From Syncephalis fuscata S228 (Eukaryota; Fungi; Zoopagomycota): DNA of 64,000 bases. The stretch's first letter is position 1; every line of letters starts with the position of its first letter. The stretch covers positions 310,001 to 374,000 of the forward strand of contig JAHLTZ010000016.1 in assembly GCA_025786725.1 (NCBI GenBank), given 5' to 3'. The notes beneath the pieces are model-generated. The model worked only from the letters and a program-made list of their open reading frames with translations. It had not been told where the DNA came from and did no database searches. Shown here piece after piece: positions 25,223 through 38,733 of the stretch. The translations under genes and the position numbers were made by a program.

Positions 25223-26865
25223 CCGGCACTTCCAAGATGTTGACATAGGTATTGTGTTTAAATTTCTAGTGCAATACACTTTAGGTATATATTCAGTAAA
25301 GAACTGGGCCATTTGACAACTATTGCTCAGACTATTTATATATCAAGTTCCATTCAATGTTCGGTTTGTTCAACTTTAATCAATGGCGCCATTATATTTC
25401 CAGCAAGTCTGTATCCAGTTGTGCCTATCTAACTATGCAGAATTGTAGTAATAAACATATGGTTCCATTTTAAATATATGCAATTAAATGATTGTAGTTA
25501 TACTTATGTTTAATTTCCATCCAACCATTAGCAAGTATTAATCAAGTAAACGTATTAATAGCAGATTTTGCAAGTGCATCACATTAACTACAAGCATAGC
25601 CTAATACAATATAGCAATAATGTTGTTAATATAGCAATTTGCGTGATATTATGTTAAACTAGTATAGTAATAATTAAAAAACATGATAAATGAGAATAAA
25701 TAGCACATATTATTGAGGCGAATAAATGGCGTAAAAATGGTTAACACTTCCTAATCAATATACAGCTATTCTTTAATATAAGCAATATTGGTGAATTAAC
25801 ACATGTAAATTGTTTTTTTTAAATCAATACTAAACTTTTTTTACTTATACTGGGAATGTAGCTACAAGATGCTATAAATAATAAGTAGTTAGAGAAAGTG
25901 CGTGGATATTTGCAATGAAATACGATAAGCACATATATGTATATGAATAAGTAAACCAAATTGGAATTTACAATAAATTAAAATGCATAACAAACACGGT
26001 TGGCAATAAATAAGTAACTTTTATCAACAGTTTATGACTAGTAATCAAATTAAGCAAATGTCATCAAGATAATCATTTAATTATATTCAATAAAACAAAG
26101 ACTTGTAATTAAATATTAATAATATATACATTTCAATAATTAATTAATTTTAATTAGGTTTTTATAATGCATAGTTTATATAAAAAATTTAAAGAAACGT
26201 AGACCAAAAAACAAATACACGGCGAATGCGCAGCACCCACCGTTGATTATGGCCAAGCGTAAACACAAACAACTACAATTAACGTAGTGTGTCTTTTTTG
26301 CTAAAATGAAAATAATAGGCAGCACACAATAATAACAATGACAATGATGATGATAATGCGATTATGATGATGATGATGATGATGTAATGTATGGTTGATA
26401 AGGGCAATATAAATGAGGATGTGGTATAGTAGTATGGTCAATGCTTATGTACGATAATAGACCACGCATAAGGCGTAGCCAAAAAGAAAACAACTATAAA
26501 AGAAAAGAAAAGAAAATGGTCAAAAGATCGGCGTAACAACGTTAAATGAAAACACGGAAAACAAAATGTAAGTCAAATAAATCAAGAAAATGGTGAACCA
26601 CCACCACAACATCGATCAGTAGCAAGAATTGGACCTTAGAAAAGGTTAAAATAGAGAGACATGGCAACAAGTACCTCTCATACTTTAAAAGATCATCGCA
26701 ATCCAAAAGGGCGACGCGTTAAATACCTTTTCTCCTACCGCATGTTGGTTCTGGCCATCTTGATTGGATGCAACATCAATTATAAATTACTATCTACATC
26801 ATTTTCTATAATTAATTCTATTGAATTAAAAATAAAATTGCATCTAAAACAACATGTTACACAAT

Positions 26866-28620
26866 TTAATAGTGCATATGATGCTGTGACTGCGGATGTA
26901 AATGCTGCTGCTGCTGCTGCTGTTGTTGTTGTTGATGATGATGTAAATGATAATGATGAAGACCAGTTGGGGAAGCAGGATGGATAGAACCATAGGCAGC
27001 ACTAGTGGTAGGCGTAATAGGTCCGTTCATAGTCGTCGACAATCTATCCGATGCACTGGTAGACCAGTGACGTGTATGAGACGGCTCATAGTGATGGGTA
27101 GCTGCTGATGGTGATGATGCCGAGGGCAATGGTAAATAGCTAGCTGAAGATGAGGCAGAACTATTTGCCGTCAATGATGGCGGTGGTAACGAGGGAATAA
27201 AGCCATGGTGTGATGGTCGATGATGAAGCATTGGCTGCGGACATGAATTTGATCGCTGATGCTGAGATGATACTGATCCGGTAGCAGCAATAGGTGAAAT
27301 AAGACCCGATGACATCGTCGTTTGATGGCCGTGTGGTGAAGGCAACGTGAGAGTGGATGGTGGATAATGGGCTGATACCGGTGTGGGTACTGGTGCTGGC
27401 AATGTGTGTCCTATGGGCATTACAGATCGGGTGCCAATGTTGCCATTATTATTAATAGTGCTGTTGTTCATTGATATCATCGCATGGGGATGCGAATTTA
27501 CCGCGGGAAGTATTGTGCCGGGTAGCGGAGACACCATACCCGATAATTCTAATCCCAGCTGATTGCTTTCAAGTTCACGTCGTTCCATATGTTTCCGTTC
27601 ATGTTTCTTTAAATCTTGGCGGCGTTTATAGCGCTTATCACACACGCGGCATCGTAGTGGCGTTAATGGTACATGAACTCGTAAATGAGATGTAATATGG
27701 TCTCGTTTGTTGGTCGATGTTTGACAGTCCTCCCATCGACAGGTTAGACAAAGATTACCACGAGCATGTCGTCCTACGTGATCATCACACAGATGCTGGT
27801 AAAGTGTCTCAGGCCCATGAAAGGTACGTGTACATTGGCGCCATCGACAATGATACAAATGCGACTGTCCGCCTTGACTACTGCAATTGTTGCTGTTGCT
27901 GCTACTATTGATGGGTGATGTACCACTAGATTCTAATAAAATAGTAGATGTTGTACCATGATTATGATTCATTGCAGAAGCAGATAACATTGAAGTAGAA
28001 TATGGCAGCTGTTGTTGTTGTTGTTGTTGCTGTCGAGCTGCTGTTGGATGATGGACAGCATTTAGGCCATTCGACATCACAAGAACCGGTGATGCAGATG
28101 CCGTACGATTGGGTGTGCTATGATAGCTATAGTTACTAGCACTTGGTAGGCTGTCTGCCGATGGATAAGGCGAGTGGGCCAATGATGGATGCGGCTCCAA
28201 CAGGGTGGACAATGAAGGTAAAGGTGGATGCTGCATTGGATGAACAGGTGACGGTGTAGAAGCATAAAAAGGGCCCGTTCTAATTGACAGAGGCGGCGGC
28301 GTTGGTGGTGTATGCGGTGTGGCAGCTGTACCCGTAGCAACGGTCCTTGCCGATACAGCAGTGGTATTTGTCGCTATAGCAGGTGGTGAAACTGAACCCA
28401 TTCGATGCTCCAAATGACTAGTAAACATCAATGGCGGTGACGGCGATGCAGATGATACTGAAGATGCCGATTTACCGCTATTGTGTTGCTGATAATAGGA
28501 CTGAAGTGGCGGTGACAATTGTCGATTGCACGGAATAGGTAAACACTTTGAAAACGCAAGTTCAGTAGGAACAACCTGCGGTTCAATAATGTGGACGGGC
28601 GACGACGACGAATACGACAT
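26866..28620 (-). CDS. pacC: ZF-6: intronless PacC/Rim101-family transcription factor, the most canonical copy
   Basis: [69 protein letters not shown] closely matches the PacC DNA-binding domain ([27 protein letters not shown]). The family assignment is secure; strict orthology is not. Confidence 0.85.
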   Translation of the reverse strand: MSYSSSSPVHIIEPQVVPTELAFSKCLPIPCNRQLSPPLQSYYQQHNSGKSASSVSSASPSPPLMFTSHLEHRMGSVSPPAIATNTTAVSARTVATGTAATPHTPPTPPPLSIRTGPFYASTPSPVHPMQHPPLPSLSTLLEPHPSLAHSPYPSADSLPSASNYSYHSTPNRTASASPVLVMSNGLNAVHHPTAARQQQQQQQQLPYSTSMLSASAMNHNHGTTSTILLESSGTSPINSSSNSNNCSSQGGQSHLYHCRWRQCTRTFHGPETLYQHLCDDHVGRHARGNLCLTCRWEDCQTSTNKRDHITSHLRVHVPLTPLRCRVCDKRYKRRQDLKKHERKHMERRELESNQLGLELSGMVSPLPGTILPAVNSHPHAMISMNNSTINNNGNIGTRSVMPIGHTLPAPVPTPVSAHYPPSTLTLPSPHGHQTTMSSGLISPIAATGSVSSQHQRSNSCPQPMLHHRPSHHGFIPSLPPPSLTANSSASSSASYLPLPSASSPSAATHHYEPSHTRHWSTSASDRLSTTMNGPITPTTSAAYGSIHPASPTGLHHYHLHHHQQQQQQQQQQHLHPQSQHHMHY

Positions 28621-29392
28621 AATTTAGTAACTTGTTAAACTTTCAGTATAGTAACAACTCTTTGAATGAGTCTATCTGTGGAATAATTTCTATAGAACCA
28701 ACGTAAGTACACTGTCATACAGAGAAATAAACATATTCTATTTACGTGATATTTAAACAGTAATACGCAATGACATTAACGCCATTAAAGCTATGATTCA
28801 CAATATATAAAACTATCTTTGTCCTTCCTATAATAGTATAACGAGCAACAGCAATACTATACGCAACTGAAGTAGCAGTAGTAGCAGTAGTAGTAGAAGA
28901 AGAAGAGGAATGAAAGAAAAAAGCAAGTTCAAGTCAATAAAATAATATTGTACTAATAGCAAGTCGTTAGTAACCAGTAATAGTAACAAGTAGTAACAAG
29001 TATACGCAAGTGTAAAAGTAATAATAGTAAAAAGTAGTAGTACCAGTAATACTAATAAAGCTGTAGTAATAAGCAAGCAAGTTTAAAAGAATAGTAAATA
29101 TACGAGGCAGTGAGAGTACAAGCGCGTTGATTTCATTTGCTTATTCCAAAACTGATATCCGACGTCTAGCAGAGCAACCAGTACTTTATATTTATAAAAA
29201 TATAAACTATGGCGGAGGAATAAGAAGGGAAGAGGGTGCGCACGGAAATTACTCCGGGCGGCCTTGCTCCGTTGTATTCTTGTATAAATGTGCCCGTCTG
29301 CTCTTATTCCCATATACTTTTTGGGCAATAAAGGCTGACTGCGTATGGATGAATGTGGGTGAGTGGGCAGTGTTGTTAGACTGGTGCAAAGG

Positions 29393-29396
<4 letters not shown>

Positions 29397-29426
<30 letters not shown>
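29397..29426. repeat. (GA)n microsatellite
   Basis: Pure AG tract upstream of ZF-6. Confidence 0.9.
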
Positions 29427-29428
<2 letters not shown>

Positions 29429-29836
29429 GACTGCATGGAATAAGCAATAGAATGCCGGATGTAAAAAAGAGTGACATGAATGTATTAAGTGGCTGAAATG
29501 AGACTATTTTCGCCGAGATGCCGAGCATCAAGGGTGGGAACGAAGTTTAGTAAAGGGGAAATAAAGCGTGTGTGTGAGCAGTGTAGTAATTTAATTACTA
29601 TGATAGTCATGATAGACATATCAGTTATCATAGTGTGTAGTCATATATCACTCTAATAAGAATGAGGAGACTGATGATGATGATGATGAGGCCGGTAATA
29701 CCAGTTTGGCATATCTCCTTTCAAGTGTGTAAGGAGATGGAAATAGTAAAGGCAAGCATGTGCATTGGCAAAAACAAGATGTGGAAGGACAAAGATAGAA
29801 ATGTCAGGATAGTGGCCACGACAGCGCGGGCAAATC

Positions 29837-31166
29837 CTTGGCGACTGTTTAAACAGTATGCATACATTAGATTTTATATCGTGATGCAGAGTCACCATTA
29901 CACGGCCACTGCATTCACGTCATAGCAATGGCTGCAATGGGCACGTTAAAAGTGCAGCAGCAATAGCTACTGTAGCAACGGCAGTATTAGCAATAACTGT
30001 CGGTGCTAACACAGTAACAATCATGATCAAAGTCATTGCAACCATGGTCATGTTATAAACAAAATAGTCCGCTGACTATTAGTGCGGCAACATATCTATT
30101 AATACTAATGCATGCTACTGATATATGCCGAGCAGCTGCAGTAGATGCTGTACCGTGCAGATTCTATTTACCCTCTATTCGCCAAGACTTACCCTGCTGG
30201 TTACTGTCACGATTATTATACTGCGGCTAAACTTAAAAGGCGTGATATGATACTAAAGTATGTGAACACAAACGGATAACGACTATGACGTCGGCGATAA
30301 GAAAATGAGAAAGCGCAAATGATGCGAACCTCGCGACAAGCAAGAAAAAGGCAAGTCAAGAAATGTGGTTGCAGATCGGATGAGTAAGCACCGTCAACGG
30401 ACAAATATTCAGCCGATCAATAAGACTACTGGAGAAACGGTCGTACCGGCATTCGCCGTTTAAATATCCAACAAATCCAGCTAATACGTGTGGGTATGTG
30501 TGTGTGTGTGAATTGGTGTATGTATGGATTTGTATTAATAGCAAAATTAGCCAATTGAGGAAACGACAATTTCTTGGCAACAATAAAACAAGGATTGTTT
30601 TGCTTGGCGTGTAAAGCAAAAGGCGACTAGGCAAAATAAAGCAGCTAGAGGGGAAGTGATTGATGAGTGTAGTAATAGTGGTAGCAACAGTGCAATAATC
30701 AATCTGGTGCAGCCTATGTTATGCAGTTCATATATAAGAAAAAAATTAGATCAGTGGGTGCTGATTCATCAAGGCGTTTGGCGATGGCGAAAGATAATGG
30801 CTTGGCGATTCGCTTTCTTCCGTGTCAGTGTGTCAGTGGGGCGTCTGTGTCAATACGATAAAAAGTAGCCTAAATCGACCCTTGGCTTTTTATCGGTTAT
30901 AATTAGGTAAAACAATGAATGCTTCCAGTGCCGAATTCCTTACAATGTCAAAACGATTCAGTTACAATAATAGGATGATTATTGATAAATAAATAAACGA
31001 GACAAGTTAGCAAGTGTTTAAAAATGTTTTTAAATAATTGCGGGTGTTTAACCTGATTCTTGGCAGGGAGTACCAACTGAAAAGGATCTGTTCGGGAATA
31101 ATGTGATATGAATTGGTAAAAATAGCACTTGAAAGTGAAGGGCACAAGTAATAATCACACTGGATG

Positions 31167-31201
<35 letters not shown>

Positions 31202-33415
31202 TTGCCAATAACGGACTGCTTATAGCGGCAATATTAGCAGTTGTATGGCGATATCGGCGCTGGTGCCGACTGATGAATAAAAGTAGCAAAGCAGCTGAAA
31301 CACTCAACTAGAAATACGGAGTATGATTAGTATACACAATGTCGGGTCAAGGCGAAGAATTTACGGCTAAATAACGGAGTGAGTCACGCGCTTCCACAGC
31401 AAGGTAAGAGAGAGCAAGCGATAGAGATGGAAGAAAGAAATATAGATACAGGTACATACCCATACACGTGCACACTTATAGTTGAATGATAATAAACTAA
31501 AAATTGTATAAATGGCTATTTATTAATAGACACGGTGTAGTAACTGCGTGCTTTAACCTCCTACCATGTGTGTGTGTATGTGCGTGCGTGCGTGCGTGCG
31601 TGCGTGTGTGTGTGTGTGTGTAGTGCACATGTACGTGTACATTAATTCAATAATATAATGATAATCATCATAATAAGCCATTGTAGGTTGTTAGTACTAC
31701 TTGTAAATAAACGAGCGTATTCTTGGTCAATTTGCGCCAAGACTACGAATGCTTAGCGGACTGGGTACTCAAGGGCTGTGGCATTTTTTTCTCAAGTAAA
31801 ATACTTGAAAATGCTAGAAATAGAGCATACCATCCTTGATATTGACGCTATAGTTAGTACCTGAAGGCGTGGTAGCTCGTTTTCAGTACGAATATAGATG
31901 TGCTAACGCTTTAGGAATAAGCTATTCGGTAGCACATGGATGGGGCCGATCGCCGCCTATACTAAAGTAAATCCGTCGGCGTTCGTGTGTTGCCACCTTT
32001 CTTTCCCCCCGCGCACCATGCTCAAGGAAAAGGATGTAAACGTGCAGAACCAGTTGCCGTCAGGGGCTTTATACATGGAAAGGAGGCTTGCTAGTGCAAA
32101 TTGGTAACTAAAATAACGGATATACAACAAGTTGTACCGTGGTGTTGGAAGTAAGTAAGGGGCAGTATCAAAGCGTCACCTACTCTTAATACACACTTGC
32201 ATAGCAACGAAGGAGCAAGTTTAATTGTTGTTGTTGTTGTTATTATGGTTTACTTTTAATACGTAAATTTAATGTAATAAGATGATTTGACTACATTTTA
32301 TCGTTATGCATAGACTCGGATTTAATGCTTCTATGTACATATGAAAAGTTGAAACCACCAAGCTATGCATGCATGTTGTTCAATAATACGACCGTAGCGA
32401 TAAACAATGGGCAGACAAGAATGAAATGATAATAAATATTATTAACAATTAATAAAATACTAATAACGTTAACAATTGCGTAATAATTAAAATATGAATA
32501 GAATAAATCAAACTATATATTATTATTAAAATAAATACACTATTTAATAGCAATAATAGCAAATGCATATCCGCAGCTATTAATTCTTTAAATTATTTAT
32601 TTAGAAGGTTCGAATAAGCCATTAATCCTAATGCTTGCTAGACCGATGAACGGACCAATGAATTACTAATGAATTAATGGTTTGGTCAACTCTAAGATAC
32701 CCCCCCCCCCAGTACTAGAAGAGTATCAGGCTGGAATAGTCAGTCAGGCTTTTGGCCCCTTTGTCCAACTATATCCTTAAATCCACCTCTACTTTTTCTC
32801 AGAACCATGGTCTAGACTGTTTGGCCAAGGTGATATGCGTCATAGACTATGCATGCAAATGTGATATGCCAGTGTACGCCAAGGTTGGCTACCGAGTCAA
32901 TGGCTGCATTGGTAAATAGGAATTGAAAAAATAAAAGGGCGCATAGGCTTGCAGGTTTTTTAAACTCGTTTTTTCCTACCACAATTACCTATGATCGTCA
33001 TTGGTGGTTAAATAGATTAGTCATGACAATAAGAATAATACCATGCTATTGCTATAATTAATGTTAATATACTAGTATTGTTATTATTACTAGTAATAGC
33101 AACGCCAATACTAGCTATTTACACAAAACAGTATTTTATAAATAAATAAATGAATCAATTAGTATTCATGCCATGTGCGTCAAATAGCTCAATTCAACGA
33201 TCCTTGAACAACATTAACCAAATGGTTGCTGTGAGAAGATGCACTTCGGGCCGAAAATAGCATCTGCAATAAAAAAGAAAACACAGGAATGTGCTTATCA
33301 CTGAGTCTCCTCATTTGTAGTCAAAACATTACACATTGTACGCCGAGCAATGATGTAATGTTACTACAGTGTGCACAAATTATTGCAAATAAATGGCATT
33401 TTTTCTACAGCCAAG
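29837..33415. promoter_or_regulatory. Eleven PacC-type GCCAAG sites upstream of ZF-6
   Basis: GCCAAG or CTTGGC at 29837, 30181, 30573, 30603, 30801, 30881, 31059, 31736, 32824, 32878 and 33410. Confidence 0.6.
31168..31200. repeat. (GAT)n microsatellite
   Basis: About 11 GAT units, intergenic. Confidence 0.9.
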
Positions 33416-33860
33416 GCTTGCATTCTTGTCAGGGTGATATCAAAGATAATTGAACGGTATTTAGTACTCCAGTAATGATTTGTGCGCTATTATGCAAGTA
33501 CAGCTGCTTTGCAGCTAACTAGACGAATATTCGATAAAGCTAAGGGGATTGTAAACGAACTCTTATTCCATAGACACGATTATACAAACATTACAAATAG
33601 TTGGAATCACATTAATTATATTATATTAATAAAAGTAAATTATCATGTAATTTATTAGCTTAAAAGCCCTACAAGTAGTAATATAACGAATGGAAAAGAT
33701 ATTGCTGTAAATACATTTACAAACCCTTTAGCCATTTTGTATATAGCCACCGGCCCCATGTTCACAAGAAATAGGAAATTGGTGCTTGTATATATGTAGT
33801 ATGTAATAGGTAGGTATCCTTTAGACATGCACCATACAAATACAAGGAAATCAACTCTCA

Positions 33861-36800
33861 TTATTCCTTATTTGTAGATGCAGCCTCTGGACTGGTCTTG
33901 ACACCTTCTGACGAGTCAGCTGAGGTCACGTTCGTTAATGATGCTTTTCGCGTAGCTGCACGAGCCTGCATCATCTGTTCAACATGTTGTCTTAAACGCA
34001 TGAGCAGTAAGCGTACACGTTCAGACTGTTCAATTTTGGGGTCAGCAATCTTTTGAGCTGCATCATCATCATCATCATCGCCATTATTGTTATTGCCGGA
34101 GGTTGATGCATCGGTTGCAGTAGTCGTTGTTGCCTCTTCCAAAAGTTCCAATGATTCTCTTTGAAGTTTACTAAAGGATGAACTACGAGCGCGTGCCATA
34201 CTATTTACCGTTGGCTTATCGTATCGTTTGGCAGCTCGACTTGGTTTTGCCGTATATCGTTTCACGCCATCCCTGGCCGCTACTTCTGTAGAGTTAGAGG
34301 CGGACGGTTTTGTATCTGCGGCCGATGCATTGCTCGATGCTGTGCTATCCATCGAAGGTCGACGTGTATTTTTATCGTCGGTAATTGATGGTGCAGATAA
34401 GCGCAGATTCTTTACCTTGTCCACTATCGATGATAGCATAGACGAATCAAACGAATCCTTCTTAGCATGGCCCAAATCTAGACCTTTATCAAGTCTAACT
34501 ACATAATTGGCTACAGGTGGCGGCATTGCTGGAACGAATGGCGGTGGAGATGCAGCATTTGTCTCGCTTAATACAGGGGATATTGGTTGAATACCAACTG
34601 TATTCGAAGGGAACAGACCCTCGCTAGGCGGGCTCATACACGATGACATCTGAATCTCCAGCTGTTTCGATAAATATGTTTGGCATTGGTGTAACTGTTC
34701 AAGATGTTCTGAAGATGTACTACGAACTAATGTTGCCAATGTATTGGGATCAATAATGGACATTTGTAGAAGCATGATTTGTAGTGCTATAGGTCAATTT
34801 AGCAGTATAGGCCATCGTTAATCATTTGAAATATAAATCGTTTTCATCATCAATCAATTCGCATATATTTTAACATTTGCATTAATAAAGTAAATAAATA
34901 AAGTTTAAATCCCATGAAAATAAATGTTATAGAATAGAAATCACAGTAATTATAATGATAATATAAATAGGATAATAGGATAATAATAATAATAATAATA
35001 GGAATAGGAAAAAATGCAGGTCATACGCGGAAAACAGTCAATAAAAGCTGAATAAATAAAGACACAAACAAACAAAAAATCATGACTATAAGCTGTCATC
35101 GAGAATAGAATAGCATAAACAAGAATGCTGTCTATTAAAAACGTAAAAAAACTATACCTACAACCAGTTGAACTAACTATAATGCTGTATAAACATACCT
35201 TCATACGATTGTGCACTATAGTATGTTATTAGTAGGCAAGTAGTAAAGAAAGAATACGCAAAGGAAATGAAACAAAATGCACATCAAGCTTGATATTGAA
35301 TACGACAAAAGAACGAATACGAACGCAAGCGCAAGTGTAAAAATAGACACGTAGTACATCAGCATAATAAAACACCATAATCGCTACAAAAGGGCGAGAT
35401 AAGTGAACACGCAAATGATTTGTCAATAGTTTACACTGCCGTAAATAACGAATGAATAAAAGGAGAAAAAAGAAGAAATACGGAAAGAAATGCGGAAAGA
35501 AGCTGGTTAAAATCAATATCGCTATAGAATAGAAATAAGATGGAAAGATGGAAAAAATGGAAAGGAAATAACGCTGTATGGAACACGATCGCTTATAGAT
35601 ATGCTATTCAAAGCTATTATCTATTAGTGTGTTCCGTCTATGTTTAATTGAAATGATTTAACTTATAATAAATTAAGGATGGGCATTGGCACTAGGCTCA
35701 TTTGAGCATGATCGTGGCCGAATGACAGGCAATACAGAGGTAGAACAAGCACGTCGACGTACATTACCATTGCCATTAGCACTAGCACTAGTATTGTACG
35801 GATGATGTACACTCTTGCGTAACAGTGCCCGTTGAGGAGAAAGTCGCGTCGATTTAGCACGTGGTGGTACTACTGGTGTCATACCATGACTATGACCACC
35901 AACATTGTTAATACTATTATACGAACTATAGTTATAATGATTAAATGCTGGGGAAAGTGTCGTCATGGATGGATGATAGACACGCGCCGCTACACTCACC
36001 GCCGAATAATTAGGCGCTGAATGAGGTCGCGATAAAGGCAAATGACTATAGGCCAGCTAGACATTAACGATTCATAACTGGTATGACTATAGCTATCATG
36101 ATCATCGCTATTATCGTTATTATTGAGACTATTCATAGAAGAATAGCAAACACCGCCACTACCACTACTTGATAGTGTGATAGGCTGTACTGAATTACGA
36201 GACATCAATGGAGTATGCATAGGCGCAGACATGCCAACTCGCATCATACCTGACGATAAATCAGCATTGGTGTATTGTTGTGTGGCCGCCACATTAAGGA
36301 ATTGGTGATATACTTCGTGGGCCGTTGGTTGCGGTAAATAGCCATCAGGGCCAGCACCGAGCATTGCCGGATCGATCATGTCGCCGGTAGCTGACGAGGG
36401 GAAAATGGCTTGGGTATCAGCTAGAGGTTAAATAGCGTTAGTATACAGCATATAAAGTTGCGTAAATATAACTGCTTACCATTATATTCACTAGAGGCGC
36501 TAGTGGTCAGGCCAGGCGACATGCTCGCCATAGGAATGTAGTGCTGTGAGTGCATGCCCGGTGTGGACATAGGCGACGGTGGCAAAGCATAAGCAGGCGA
36601 TAAACTGGCATCGACTGTGCCATACGGTAACGGCATGGATGCAAAATGACCAACTCCCATTACGTGATCGTAATCGGTACTGGGAGGCGATTGCATTTTG
36701 TCACGATGTGTATGCTCGTGACGCTTCAAGTCTGATTGGTGCTTGAATCGCGCGTCACATAATCCACAGCCATACGGCTTATAAGAGAGATGGCTTTTAA

Positions 36801-37041
36801 TATGTGAAATTAAATGATCACGCTTTGACTTTGAAATGGTACAATCGGCCCATTGACACTGAAGACATAGATTGCCGGTAGCATTGCGACCGACATGATC
36901 CTCCGTAACATGAATGAACAGGTCTTCGGCGTTTATCACCTGCTTGCCACAGCCGCGCCATAAACACACCTGTGGCCCATCACTTATTGCACCATCCGAC
37001 AAAGCTGGACTGCCCATAGATAATTCAAATGATGAAGACAT
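33861..37041 (-). CDS. ZF-7: PacC/Rim101-like C2H2 transcription factor (exons 37041-36480, 36420-36250, then either 34786-33861 or read-through toward ~35673)
   Basis: CLWRGC..HVTEDHVGRNATGNLCLQCQWADC..KRDHLISHIKSHLSYKPYGCGLCDARFKHQSDLKRHEHTH. A phase-1 donor GTATGA at 36249 matches a phase-1 acceptor at 34787-34788 that leads into ORF 33861-34775. Confidence 0.8.
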
Positions 37042-38733
37042 GGTCAGCAATTCAAACTAGTTCTATGGAGTAAAAGATATAAAACGACAAAGTAAATAAA
37101 ATCAATTAATCAATAGCAACTAGGTTGTTGGATAGTGTGAAGCACAGTTAAATGGCAAATGCGCGTGTGTAAATAAGGATGTGTAGAAACAAAATCAATG
37201 CGGTATTGGCCATTCGTATTTATAGAATTTAGAGGCTATCAATAGATACGCCTTTTTGATGTTACAGCTACGTCCACATTAACTCTATTCGCACTAAGCC
37301 ACAGCTACCAGTTAGAAAGTTCACTTTAGTCGTACGAATAAACGGTCAAGGCGCGTCAATAAACCGTCAATAGACCCTTGTTGGCTAGAAGATAGATCCA
37401 CCACTACTAAGCCATATCATACCATGTCATCGGTCATTTGCCATCACATCATGCATCCCACCCCATTCGCTCTAGCTCTATGATTTCCCATTAGCAACGC
37501 GGTGTGCTCGGCTCAGTTAATTATTTTAAAAAACCGGTCACCAAGCACATGTGGTTGACCACTACGCTATGGTACAAGTATCGCTCTAATGTCGCAAAGT
37601 GGATGATCAAGGAGAGTGTGTGCGTGCGTGCGTGCGTGTATGAGAGAAGGGTAAGGGTCGCCTTCTTTGGCCAACAGTGATGCACGCACTCAACGCGTGT
37701 CTCCTTCGCTCAGTTCGCCTACAGCGAGAAGGCGGCCTGTTTATTACTGCTTGGCACCACACATAGCAGAAAGTTCTACCTATAGATGACAAACCAGGGA
37801 AATAAACCAAGTCTGCTTTAGACAGCACGAAACATACATCCGTATCCACCCCGTACTCGTTAATTCACAAGTGCACATGCGTTCATACTGGCAATGACGA
37901 TAGCTTAATAAACGTACACCACCAGCAAAGGTCCAAGCAATTCGGTGTTTGTCAATTACCGCAAACCCAAGCAATAGGCAAAGCCTTGTAGTTTAATATC
38001 TGAGGCTGTTTTAGTTGCTACTAGTTAGCATAGGCTGTATTTGGAAACACTAATCAATAACAATAAACGTATATACTATGTTAGTAGAAGTCAGATGAGT
38101 AAGAGTGAAATGGGGAAATGGTAGGTGAATTGACATCATTGTCGTCACCATTATAATGACTAATGCCGATTATATTAACATTAATAAAACACTACGGTTA
38201 TTACAATTATTGTATTGATTTATCAACATTGTTATCAACATTGTTGCTATGACTTTTACCACTATTACTATCGTGATCAATAGTATTATGATTATTGTTA
38301 TCGTTATTACCAAAATTAATCATTTCAAACATGTGCTGTCCTAAGAATATGGCAGCTATATTTAGATGTTTGTATATTACATCACCTTTGCCGAATAACT
38401 CAAGGCTTCTAGTTTATTATTAGAATAGTCTTGGTCAGTCGTCCTCTCCCCTCAAACATCATCAAATCATTACTATTGACACTTAGATGATACACCAACT
38501 CATAGACAAGGCGACAAGCAATAGGGTCAAATGGTGCGTTGAGCTATTAACATGTTTGTTTACACATAGTAAACAGGGCTATACCAAGCAATAACATGTA
38601 TTGTTTCACAACCTTTTACAAGTAAAAAAATAACATCGTTATGTAACTTTTGTATAGATGTCACACATTTCCCACCATAAACACGTTGAACAGTACGCGA
38701 GTGTAAGTGTTACAATTTCTTGATTGGTTTGTT

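Noticed and set aside
33861-34775. Independent single-exon gene
   Set aside because: It is preceded by a branch site and an in-phase acceptor, and it resembles an internal exon of ZF-5. It is better explained as the last exon of ZF-7, though this is not proven.
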